Assembly: GCA_963666275.2 (NCBI GenBank)
Contig: CAXXOA010000002.1
Span: 160,001 to 224,000 of the forward strand
From: Oceanispirochaeta sp.
Lineage (GTDB): Bacteria > Spirochaetota > Spirochaetia > DSM-2461
DNA length: 64,000 nt
Direction: 5' to 3'
Shown here one piece after another: positions 50,085 to 58,529 of the stretch (its first letter is position 1; each line of letters begins with the position of its first letter). The translations under genes and the position numbers were made by a program. The notes under the pieces were generated by a model. The model did not search any database and had not been told where the DNA came from. It saw only the letters and a program-made list of their open reading frames with translations.

Positions 50085-50174
50085 TATTTTATCTCCCTGA
50101 TATAAAATACAAGCTAAATAGGCTGGCTTTAAAAGTCAATTAAAGTTGCCTGAAAAAACTGATACAAAAAACAG

Positions 50175-50203
50175 TTGACATAAAATACCGCATTCTATAT
50201 GAT
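50175..50203 (+). promoter_or_regulatory. Sigma70-type promoter of the tRNA cluster
   Basis: TTGACA-17 nt-TATGAT just upstream of tRNA-Arg. Confidence 0.8.
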
Positions 50204-50216
50204 ACAGCCATCCTGT

Positions 50217-50292
50217 GCCCCGGTAGCTCAGGGGATAGAGCAGCCGCCTCCTAAGCGGCAGGTCAGACGTTCGAATCGTCCCCGGGGTACCA
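50217..50292 (+). tRNA. tRNA-Arg (anticodon CCT)
   Basis: Acceptor GCCCCGG/CCGGGGT, TAGCTCAG D-arm, anticodon stem GCCGC/GCGGC with CT-CCT-AA loop, GTTCGAAT, encoded CCA. Confidence 0.95.
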
Positions 50293-50320
50293 TTTTTTTT
50301 CTGCACAGGATTGGACAATT

Positions 50321-50394
50321 GGAGGCGTAGCGAAGATGGTTATCGCGCCGGCCTGTCAAGCCGGAGATCGCGGGTTCGAGACCCGTCGCTTCCG
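50321..50394 (+). tRNA. tRNA-Asp (anticodon GTC), copy 1
   Basis: GGAGGCG/CGCTTCC acceptor, CCGGC-CTGTCAA-GCCGG anticodon arm, GCGGGTTCGAGACCCGT T-arm; no encoded CCA. Confidence 0.95.
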
Positions 50395-50595
50395 TATCCC
50401 TTCGAGACCGCTGAAATACCTGTTACAGGTCAGAGCGGGATCGACAGCTGAATGTTCCCGTTAGCAATAACGGAAACCTCTGAGCCGCAAAGGGTCTTTT
50501 ATACTCCGCGAAGGAGACCCTTTTATTGATAAGCGGAAAACGGTACTGTATACCGTAAAATACAGCGTCTTGCCCTTTAGGGCTTTACATATACT

Positions 50596-50669
50596 GGAGG
50601 CGTAGCGAAGATGGTTATCGCGCCGGCCTGTCAAGCCGGAGATCGCGGGTTCGAGACCCGTCGCTTCCG
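50596..50669 (+). tRNA. tRNA-Asp (anticodon GTC), copy 2
   Basis: Identical to copy 1. Confidence 0.95.
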
Positions 50670-51106
50670 TACACAATAACTTTAGAAAGCTGTCCTTTTC
50701 GGGATGGCTTTTTTTTGCCTGAAAATAATTCGGGTCTCGAAGCGGAAGGTCCGGCGCGATGCTCGCAGCGCAATCCGGCAGGGATGCCGGATTAGGACCT
50801 GGAGCCGGTCAGCAGGGAGGAGGCAGGATGCCGACAACCGGAGGAGTGACCCGTCGCTTCCGTACACACTAACTTTACAAAGCTATCCTTTTCGGGATGG
50901 CTTTTTTTTTGCCTGAAAAGAATTCGGTTCTCGAAGCGGAATAGCTGGCGCGAATACTTGCAGCGCAAACCGGCAAGGACGCCGGTTTAAGGTATGGAGC
51001 CGGCCCGCAGGGAAGAGGCAGGATGCCGACAACCGGAGGAGTGACCCGTCGCTTCCGTAAATAAGAACCTTTTAAAGCTGTCCTACTCAGGATGGCTTTT
51101 TTTTTG
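50655..51106 (+). repeat. tRNA-Asp 3'-end-linked tandem repeat (~194 bp, about 2.3 copies)
   Basis: GACCCGTCGCTTCCGTA at 50655, 50848 and 51043, each followed by an AAAGCTRTCC...GGATGGCTTTTTT terminator. The two full units align throughout. Confidence 0.92.
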
Positions 51107-51539
51107 CGGCGGCCGCTTTCAGAGGTTCTATAACCATCAGAAGAATCAGCACTGTATAGAGAGGGACGATCATGAGGACTCCGAAATTCAGCCCCAGGAC
51201 TTCGGGACTATCCAGATGAGCTCCGATTCCGATAGCTCCGATGATCGTCCAGACAAAGGCATTGAGAATGAAAATGTTTCTGTAGGTTCTCAGAAACAGG
51301 AGGATCTGATTCTGAGAGTTTCCAGAAAGACTGTTTTCCCGACGGAAGATTTCATCATAGAACCCTTTCTGATCTTTCAGGGGGAATATCATTGATATGA
51401 GCAGAAAAGGCGGAACAATCACCAGAACAAGAGAAGCAATATCAACATAGAGATTCACGGAATTCCCCGTGACGACGATGGCGGCCAGAACCAGAAGAAA
51501 AACCATAATATTGAGTAAACAGAAGCGGATTTTAGTCAT
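51087..51539 (-). CDS. Hypothetical 4-TM membrane protein (resembles the MotA N-terminal fold)
   Basis: YVDIASLVLVI motif and four hydrophobic segments; overlaps the upstream gene by 8 nt. Confidence 0.7.
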   Translation of the reverse strand: MTKIRFCLLNIMVFLLVLAAIVVTGNSVNLYVDIASLVLVIVPPFLLISMIFPLKDQKGFYDEIFRRENSLSGNSQNQILLFLRTYRNIFILNAFVWTIIGAIGIGAHLDSPEVLGLNFGVLMIVPLYTVLILLMVIEPLKAAAAKKKPS

Positions 51540-51831
51540 TTTTGACTCCTTTGCTTTTATAGTATTCCTGTGAAGCTGTAAAAACAGCCAGGGATAAGTC
51601 CTTTTTCATCTCATCCATTTGATGAAATGAGATATAGACATCTTTTCGAAGCGAATTGTCATAGCTGCGAGGGAGCATAAGACAGAACAGGGAAGCCGCA
51701 AACAGTGCTGCCAGAGAATAGTGTTCAATCCGGCTTTTTTTCTTCCTTCCCAGGGGAAAGGGCGGAACATTCCGGGCTGCAACCTCTGAAGAAAAGTACT
51801 CTTTTACAAGGGTATCAATATCTTTTTTCAT
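51532..51831 (-). CDS. Putative single-TM anti-sigma factor
   Basis: 99 aa with one central TM; start overlaps the ECF sigma stop (ATGA). Confidence 0.6.
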   Translation of the reverse strand: MKKDIDTLVKEYFSSEVAARNVPPFPLGRKKKSRIEHYSLAALFAASLFCLMLPRSYDNSLRKDVYISFHQMDEMKKDLSLAVFTASQEYYKSKGVKND

Positions 51832-52373
51832 ACCACCTCACTCCTTTCCAGTTTTATCTTCAGTTTTTTCCTGCATTCAGACATTCTGTATTTTATTGTT
51901 CCCTCGGGAACTCCTGTTATGAGTGAAATCTCTGAGTATTTCAGCCCTTCATAAAAACTGAGAAAGATGAGCTCCCTCTCCCGGGGACTCAGTTCTCCGA
52001 TTGCCTGACGTATCATATGAATATCATTTTCACGCTGAAAATCATCTTCCGGTGAGGAGTGACCCGATGCAATCTCATCGTCGGGAAAGGTTCTGACAGG
52101 ATCCTTTTTTCTCAAGGCATCAATAAGAGTATGCCTGGCAACAGAATAGATCCATGTGGAAAAAGCATAGTCTCTTTTGTATGTATCCAGTTGTTCCAAA
52201 ACCTGAAGCAGAATGCCCGAGGCAAGATCGGAAGAATCAGAACGGGAGCCTGTAAAATTCTCCGCATAGGTCTGAATCCTGGGATAATACCGGACCCAGA
52301 TCATTTCCATAAGAGACTCTTTTGCTAGTTTATTCTGTTTCCAGAGGTCGTAACGGGCCTCGATGGTATCCAT
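51828..52373 (-). CDS. ECF (sigma70 group 4) sigma factor
   Basis: Region 2 FSTWIYSVARHTLIDALRK; region 4 LSPRERELIFL..YEGLKYSEIS.ITGVPEGTIKYR. Confidence 0.93.
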   Translation of the reverse strand: MDTIEARYDLWKQNKLAKESLMEMIWVRYYPRIQTYAENFTGSRSDSSDLASGILLQVLEQLDTYKRDYAFSTWIYSVARHTLIDALRKKDPVRTFPDDEIASGHSSPEDDFQRENDIHMIRQAIGELSPRERELIFLSFYEGLKYSEISLITGVPEGTIKYRMSECRKKLKIKLERSEVV

Positions 52374-52417
52374 ATACTTATAGTATTCGTAAATAGATGG
52401 AAAAGGTTGGAAAAAAG

Positions 52418-54256
52418 TCAGAGATTCCCGGGGCTGGGTATGCTCTCAGGAGAAAGAGACCTGAAAAAATCGTATTCCCTGGCCAGAGTTTCTATATCAA
52501 GGGAATTCCTGAGAAATACAAGACGGGCCATCTTCTGAATGTCACTTGTAAGAGACCGCCACCTGGACACAAGAGATCTTCTGCTCTCCAGGTAATCCAG
52601 ACAGATCTGCTTTTCCTCATCTCCGGCGTTCCGGCCGGCGGAGACTGCCCGCTCAAAGGCATTTCCCGCCCCCCGATCATACCATTCGGCTGTATTCCGG
52701 AGGATTTTAGCCTCCCTCAACCAGCTGTCTTCTCCTGTATCAAAAAAATTCTGCTGGTATTGAAAGGCTCCCAAACGGCTGGATTCAGCATTCAGAAGAT
52801 ACTGTTCCCACTCCCTGAAATAATAGAAATAGGGATATTCTTCGTATCGGGCGGCATTACGGCTGTTTCTGAATACCATCACATTGCTCTCAATGTCGTA
52901 GAGGCTCCAGAGAGAAGAAACAATCCGGGAAGGCAGGGGTATATTGCTTAAATACCCCAGCAGATCCTCCTGAGAGAGAGTTTCAAAGAGGAGAAAGATA
53001 TTATCTGTCCTATAACCGCCATCGGTCTCATCATAAACAAGAAGCGGCTCTTTCAGCTTCACAAGGATTTCCAGTGACACCGCCTGAAGAGGGTTTCCGT
53101 CCTGAAGCTGACTGATAAGGTACTCCGAAGCGGAGTCTCCATAAGCCTGAATCACTTCCACAGCCCGGGCAGCCACATCCGGGTCGGGATGATTGAAATT
53201 CCCGCTTAAAAAAGGAAGCAGACGGGGATCAAGGAACTTTTCCGCAATACTGAATGAGTGCATCAGAGCCCGGGTGGACTGTGTTTCAACCCTCTGCAGA
53301 AGAGAGGGGATCACTGTATCCGCTCCCAGACGGACAAGGATTTCCACAGATTTCAGGGCTATCCTCCGGTTCTCATCCTCCAGCATCTGCAAAAGAATCG
53401 GGACACTTCGGGAATCCAGAATCCCTTCAACAATCTGAAGCAGACTCAGACGCAGTTCGTTGTCTTCCGACTCCAGGAGAACCGTGTGAAGATAGGGCAG
53501 AGCCGAAACATCGTATTCGGACAGGCCGAACAGGGCCGCAGACCGGATAGAGCTCTCAGAGTCTTTTACAAAAGGAATCAGAACAGGTACCAGCAGAGGG
53601 TCACGGAACCGGGGAAGAGTCTGGACCGCCGTAAGTCTCACAATCGGGTCAGAACTGTCCAGAAGCACCTGAAACCAGGGATGATCCGGATCTCCCAGAG
53701 AGGCAAAAGTTCTGGAGGCGGCAGAGCGGACAATTTCCCTGGGATCGGAATAGAGAGTGAGAAGGTAGATAGCCTCTTCCACGGCGCCCTTCCGGGAAAC
53801 AGCGTTGATGGATGTGAGAAGAAGAGAAACAGATCCGGAATTCAAACCCCTTATGACAGCCTTATCCGCTTCTTCCCACTGATCGAAAAGGATTCTGAAG
53901 GCCTCTTCCGAGACAGTTTCTTCGTCATCCAGAGTGGCTTCCAGAATAGCATCATAGAGATTCTGAGAGGGATTCTTCTCCATGATCTTCAGTACTGTCA
54001 GCTTCACTTCAGGATCCGGATCATCCAGGAGCGCAATGAGGGACTCTTCATCTTCGGGATGCAGGGTATAGACCCGTCCCCTCCGAAGAACATCCTCAAT
54101 GATCCTGTCTTTATCGTCGGAAAAGGTTAATAGTTCGGGAGTAAAAGTACTGCAGCTGTAGAACAGGAACAGGAGAACTGAAAGAAAAAAGAACCTGTAT
54201 CCCGTGCTTCTGGAATATCCCGTCAGCTTATTGATATTTTCACCCTCCCCGCTCAT
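52418..54256 (-). CDS. HEAT-repeat lipoprotein
   Basis: Hydrophobic stretch with lipobox LFYSC; repeated LL.D.D..VR..A...L units. Start uncertain. Confidence 0.8.
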   Translation of the reverse strand: MSGEGENINKLTGYSRSTGYRFFFLSVLLFLFYSCSTFTPELLTFSDDKDRIIEDVLRRGRVYTLHPEDEESLIALLDDPDPEVKLTVLKIMEKNPSQNLYDAILEATLDDEETVSEEAFRILFDQWEEADKAVIRGLNSGSVSLLLTSINAVSRKGAVEEAIYLLTLYSDPREIVRSAASRTFASLGDPDHPWFQVLLDSSDPIVRLTAVQTLPRFRDPLLVPVLIPFVKDSESSIRSAALFGLSEYDVSALPYLHTVLLESEDNELRLSLLQIVEGILDSRSVPILLQMLEDENRRIALKSVEILVRLGADTVIPSLLQRVETQSTRALMHSFSIAEKFLDPRLLPFLSGNFNHPDPDVAARAVEVIQAYGDSASEYLISQLQDGNPLQAVSLEILVKLKEPLLVYDETDGGYRTDNIFLLFETLSQEDLLGYLSNIPLPSRIVSSLWSLYDIESNVMVFRNSRNAARYEEYPYFYYFREWEQYLLNAESSRLGAFQYQQNFFDTGEDSWLREAKILRNTAEWYDRGAGNAFERAVSAGRNAGDEEKQICLDYLESRRSLVSRWRSLTSDIQKMARLVFLRNSLDIETLAREYDFFRSLSPESIPSPGNL

Positions 54257-54291
54257 AATAAATTCCCACACCCCCAAAGGAGTCTATAGTA

Positions 54292-55128
54292 ATGAAAGGT
54301 ATCATTGTTGCCGCAGGTTACGGAACCCGGTTCCTGCCTGTAACGAAAACGATCCCCAAAGAAATGCTGCCCCTGATCAATAAACCTTCTATTTCCTTTA
54401 TCATAGAAGAGTTCATCCAGTCGGGTATTAAAGATATTATCGTCATTTCCTCGAGAAGAAAAAAAGTTCTGGAGGATTTTTTTGACAGAGAAGTGGAGAT
54501 GGAGGAGATTTTCCGCCGGGAGGGAGCAGAGAGCAAACTGGAGGCCATCAGGCCTCAGGATGCCCGCTTCTCTTTTATCCGTCAGACAGAAATGATGGGA
54601 ACAGGCCATGCCCTGCTTCAGGCAGCACCCCTGATAGGAAATGAACCTGTAGTCGTCGCCTATCCGGACGACATCCACATGGGCGAAAAACCTCTTGCGG
54701 GACAGCTGATAAAGAGCTATGAAGAAACAGGCTGTTCCGTACTGGCCACCATACACAACCCTCCCCACCTGGAACGTTACGGCGTTCTGGATCTGGCCGA
54801 AGACGGCAGGCATGTAAAAGGGATCATAGAGAAACCGCCTGCGGGACAGGCTCCCAGTAAAGAAGTCTCCATAGGCCGTTACCTGTACACCCCGGAATTT
54901 TTCCACTACCTCCAGGAGGGATGGGAGAAACACCAGGGCGGTGAGTATTACCACATATATGCCCTGACGAAACTGATGGAGCAGAACAAGGTGGTTTTCA
55001 AAGAGACCGAGGGAGAACGTCTTGATACGGGAGAGCCTGCAGGATTCCTCAGAGCCACCCTGAGATACGCTGCCGGAGATCCTGAACTTCTGAAAATAAT
55101 TAAAGAAGAAGCGTCCCTACTGGGCTGA
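54292..55128 (+). CDS. galU: UTP--glucose-1-phosphate uridylyltransferase
   Basis: AAGYGTRFLPVTKTIPKEMLP, RQTEMMGTGHA, YPDD, IIEKP, IGRYL, DTG; AAGGAG RBS. Confidence 0.88.
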   Translation: MKGIIVAAGYGTRFLPVTKTIPKEMLPLINKPSISFIIEEFIQSGIKDIIVISSRRKKVLEDFFDREVEMEEIFRREGAESKLEAIRPQDARFSFIRQTEMMGTGHALLQAAPLIGNEPVVVAYPDDIHMGEKPLAGQLIKSYEETGCSVLATIHNPPHLERYGVLDLAEDGRHVKGIIEKPPAGQAPSKEVSIGRYLYTPEFFHYLQEGWEKHQGGEYYHIYALTKLMEQNKVVFKETEGERLDTGEPAGFLRATLRYAAGDPELLKIIKEEASLLG

Positions 55129-55512
55129 CAGGGGGCCTTCGTCCAAATAGGTTCCAAATGTGTAGCGGTCCCGGGGGAAAAGCTGTTTTTTCCGTTCCAC
55201 CAGGTCTACGATCAGGGCCCGGGCCGCACTCTGGAACTCCTCGCTGTGAGCGGCATAGGGACTCATAAAATTATCCAGCTCCCTATCGAAAATGTCTTCC
55301 GGAGCAAAAGAGAGATTCCAGGCAAAAATAACAAAGAAATAGAAGAGTTCCATGTCGGTAAGAACTTCCCTGTAGGGTTCTCCCAGAGTATTGAGAACAC
55401 TCTTCACTTCATCCAGATCCTTTACACTGACCCGCCCGGTCCCGGTCTGGACAAAAAAACCGCTTAAAGCCCTGTTTTCCTCACGACGCTGTTTCTTCTT
55501 ATCCGCTCCCAT
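55117..55512 (-). CDS. Hypothetical protein (131 aa)
   Basis: Overlaps the GT2 stop by 14 nt, GGGAG RBS; no motif recognised. Confidence 0.65.
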   Translation of the reverse strand: MGADKKKQRREENRALSGFFVQTGTGRVSVKDLDEVKSVLNTLGEPYREVLTDMELFYFFVIFAWNLSFAPEDIFDRELDNFMSPYAAHSEEFQSAARALIVDLVERKKQLFPRDRYTFGTYLDEGPLSAQ

Positions 55513-56398
55513 TGATCTCTCCCGCTATTTTCCTGCTTAATTCCAGATAATATCCTGAAAGCTCCAGAAATGACCGGCCTTCCACTTCTTTTCCCCGTTT
55601 CAGACAGCCTTTGCTGTAGACCCGGCATTTCCCCGCCAGCTCCTCAGCCGCCAGGGACGCCTGAGGCTCCTTAAAATATTCAGAATCAACAAGCTGTTTC
55701 AAGCCCTGTATCCGGAACATCTCAATATGGCCGTACTTTTCAGAAAGCTGTCCCTCATGACCCGCCCTTTTAACAGTCAGGGGCTCATCCAGATAGGCAA
55801 CTTTCTGTTCCGCTGTTATCCGAAGCCAGAACTCATAGTCCTCGGCAATCTCCAGATCCTCCCGGAATCCTCCGGTACTGTGATAGTAATCCGCCCGGAT
55901 CATCACAGTGGAAGGACCGATAATACATTTCTTGAGGGAGTCTGCAAACATGTCTCCTTTCCGGTTATGCCTGAGCTTCGACTGGGAGATAATCCTGCCC
56001 GCCCGATTCCACTCTTCTCTGGTATGGGAGATCATCAGTCCCGGATGCTCCCGATGAAGGGAGTACTGCTTCTCCAGCTTTTCCGGCAGCCAGAGATCAT
56101 CCGAGTCAAGAAAAGCGAGGATCTCCCCCTTCGCTTTTTCGGCGCAGCGGTTTCTCACGGCACCAGGCATTCCTGTATGGGAAAGCTCCAGGACTTCACA
56201 GTCCATGAGATTGGCATCGGTCGTGGAGAGAACTTCTTCAATTACAGTTTTTGTGTGATCTGTAGACCCGTCATCGCCGATAATCAGTTCAAGAGGTCTC
56301 CAGGTCTGATTCAGCACCGATTCAATGGCTTCCCGTATCTGTTCCGGCCTGTTGTAAACCGGTATTATGGCCGAAATAAGAGGCCTTTTATGTTCCAT
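55499..56398 (-). CDS. Glycosyltransferase family 2
   Basis: ISAIIPVYNR, DDGSTD, AFLDSDDLWLPEKL, EDYEFWLR. Confidence 0.93.
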   Translation of the reverse strand: MEHKRPLISAIIPVYNRPEQIREAIESVLNQTWRPLELIIGDDGSTDHTKTVIEEVLSTTDANLMDCEVLELSHTGMPGAVRNRCAEKAKGEILAFLDSDDLWLPEKLEKQYSLHREHPGLMISHTREEWNRAGRIISQSKLRHNRKGDMFADSLKKCIIGPSTVMIRADYYHSTGGFREDLEIAEDYEFWLRITAEQKVAYLDEPLTVKRAGHEGQLSEKYGHIEMFRIQGLKQLVDSEYFKEPQASLAAEELAGKCRVYSKGCLKRGKEVEGRSFLELSGYYLELSRKIAGEINGSG

Positions 56399-56482
56399 TT
56401 GTGTATTTTATCATAGAAAGGCCCTGTTTTTCGGCCCGTATATTGAGAAATTTGCAAGGCGGGGGTATCATTAATAATACAA

Positions 56483-57739
56483 ATGAAGAGGTATTTCCTT
56501 CTTTACAGTATAGTTATCTCATTCCTTTTAATGACCTGCAATCTGGATCCTTCGTTTGATGAATACGACGGGGAGAACTTCCTGTCCCAGACAGCATGGT
56601 CAGACTGGGCCCTGATGCCGGACTACAGCTTTGAAAGCGGAACCAGTGCCAGTGACTACATGGATTTTTCCCCGGTCAACGGAGAAACCGGCCCCAACGG
56701 CGGAGAAGTTTACCGCCTGGAAATTAAAAATCTCCTCCAGAACGGAGATTTCAGCAGTGGAGTAGTGACTCCCTGGAAGTATTACAACAGGGAAGCCCCG
56801 GGGACACCACCAGCCGCGGCATCCGCTCCGAAAATGACTATAACCAGTTACAGTGGCAATAATAAGGCTGATTTTAACTTACAGCTTAATCCTGGTTCTT
56901 TTGATGACCAACTTTTAATCCGTCCATCAACGGACTTGATTAATGGCAATACCTATTTATCAGGGAAAAATTATTTTTTCCTCTTCAATTACCTTGATAG
57001 CGGTATAGACAAGTATACTCTCTACTTTTTCAGCAACTGGGATACCTTAGCGACAAACCCCTTGGAAAACGGTAAAGATTACCAAACCCAAGCTGGCCAA
57101 AACTATCCTTATACTTCCATACCAGAGGTAGATCCAAATGACCCTACGAAAATTACATTAAACCGGTTTACCGCATCAGGGACAGGATCAAACAACGACT
57201 ACCTGGGATTTGCATCTAAGACCCAGGTGGGAGCTTTTGATGAATTCCGAATTGTCCGGTCTCCTGAGGGAGATTTCGACCTCCGGTTACGACTGAAAAT
57301 GGATGTGGACCACAGACCCGACCTGGATCTGATCAGCGGGTACTACCGTTTCTCGGTCTGGGTAAAACAGGCGGATCTGTCGGGAACAACAAACACCTAC
57401 CATGCTGATCGTGTGGAAGTGGGTATCCACGGCTACGACAGCAATAACCAGTTGAATGTGGATGATGTCCGGGTCTATTACAAAACCCAGGCTCTGGCGG
57501 ATGAGTTTGCCACCAGTACGGGAACCTTTTCGGGAGACTGGTCTTCCAGTTGGGTCGAGCTGGTTCTGGATTCGGAAAACCTGATTCAGCTTCCCAATGT
57601 CTCCACAGATTCTGTTTTTGAGCTGACTCTGTCTCCCTCCAATCCGGGAAGCTCCGACAGCAGTTGGAACCGCCTCTCTCCTGGAACAATCCTTATATCA
57701 GAACCCACTCTGGAGTATTCTGAAACGCCCTGGAATTGA
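56483..57739 (+). CDS. Hypothetical lipoprotein (beta-rich, carbohydrate-binding-like)
   Basis: Lipobox LLMTC; NLLQNGDFS motif typical of CBM4/9-like jelly rolls; GYYRFSVWVK. Confidence 0.75.
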   Translation: MKRYFLLYSIVISFLLMTCNLDPSFDEYDGENFLSQTAWSDWALMPDYSFESGTSASDYMDFSPVNGETGPNGGEVYRLEIKNLLQNGDFSSGVVTPWKYYNREAPGTPPAAASAPKMTITSYSGNNKADFNLQLNPGSFDDQLLIRPSTDLINGNTYLSGKNYFFLFNYLDSGIDKYTLYFFSNWDTLATNPLENGKDYQTQAGQNYPYTSIPEVDPNDPTKITLNRFTASGTGSNNDYLGFASKTQVGAFDEFRIVRSPEGDFDLRLRLKMDVDHRPDLDLISGYYRFSVWVKQADLSGTTNTYHADRVEVGIHGYDSNNQLNVDDVRVYYKTQALADEFATSTGTFSGDWSSSWVELVLDSENLIQLPNVSTDSVFELTLSPSNPGSSDSSWNRLSPGTILISEPTLEYSETPWN

Positions 57740-57761
57740 CAATTGAAGCAATAAATGTTTT

Positions 57762-58190
57762 TCAGATATTCATATTTTGAAAAAGATGAAGAAACTCCTC
57801 AGGAGTTCTTACTTTCAAATCAGAGCCTGCATAATCTCTAATGTTTCTGGTTACGATATATTCGCATTGATTATCAACAGCTGAAAAATTCTGCATGGCA
57901 TCTTCAAAATCAGAAAACTCCGAATCCAAAGCATCCTGTACGTTTTTAAATGAAACAGTAAGAATACTCAAAAATTTAACGAGATTCCTGAGAAAGAAAC
58001 GGGCCTTCTCATCTCCCCCGTTTTTTCGCAAAATGTAATAAAGATTAGCTACTTCAATGGATGTTATAAAACCATTTATAAGAGAATTATCCGCCATTAC
58101 CAAAACTGTTTTACTTTTTTGATAAAAAGGCTCCCTTCCCAGGGCGACATCCAGTATGACATCAGTATCAATAAACACTCTTCGAGTCAT
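57762..58190 (-). CDS. PIN-domain (VapC-like) toxin
   Basis: VFIDTDVILD, NLYYILRK, DFEDAMQ, IVTRNIRDY, TPEEF. Confidence 0.9.
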   Translation of the reverse strand: MTRRVFIDTDVILDVALGREPFYQKSKTVLVMADNSLINGFITSIEVANLYYILRKNGGDEKARFFLRNLVKFLSILTVSFKNVQDALDSEFSDFEDAMQNFSAVDNQCEYIVTRNIRDYAGSDLKVRTPEEFLHLFQNMNI

Positions 58191-58441
58191 GAGAATTTTT
58201 CAGTTCTGGCTTCATTAAGCAAATCTTCATAGTCCCTTCCATCATCCTGAAAAAGAGAACTTATCTTATCAACCAGAGGAGAACGAATTGTCTTAATAGA
58301 CCTGTCATCTGTTTTGAGCCCCGTAAGGCCTCCCAGATATTCTTCTACGAGTTTCGAAACACTCTGGTGATGAGATTTGGCATATTTTTTTGCTTCGGAA
58401 ACAACACTTTCATCGATTGTCAAGGTAAGTTTCGTTTGCAT
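58187..58441 (-). CDS. Antitoxin (DUF6364-like, RHH type)
   Basis: MQTKLTLTIDESVVSEAKKYA...SVSKLVEEYL; ATGA overlap with the PIN gene; AAGGAG RBS. Confidence 0.85.
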   Translation of the reverse strand: MQTKLTLTIDESVVSEAKKYAKSHHQSVSKLVEEYLGGLTGLKTDDRSIKTIRSPLVDKISSLFQDDGRDYEDLLNEARTEKFS

Positions 58442-58452
58442 CACAGTCTCCT

Positions 58453-58490
58453 TATACGTATATTCTAACCCCACTTACACGTGTAGTCAA
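58453..58490 (-). promoter_or_regulatory. TA operon promoter with two palindromic operators
   Basis: TTGACT-17 nt-TAGAAT; palindromes TACACGTGTA (58476-58485) and TATACGTATA (58453-58462). Confidence 0.75.
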
Positions 58491-58529
58491 CTTTTTAAAA
58501 GAATCATACAGAGAGCAGCTCTCTCCCGG

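Noticed and set aside
50136..50916. Short ORFs over the tRNA cluster and repeats
   Set aside because: They overlap tRNAs or structured repeats and read as typical antisense-tRNA translations (GLEPAISGLTGRR).
50655..51106. CRISPR array or prophage attL/attR interpretation
   Set aside because: The intervening ~175-bp segments are homologous to each other rather than unique spacers, and there are no cas, integrase or cargo genes in the window.
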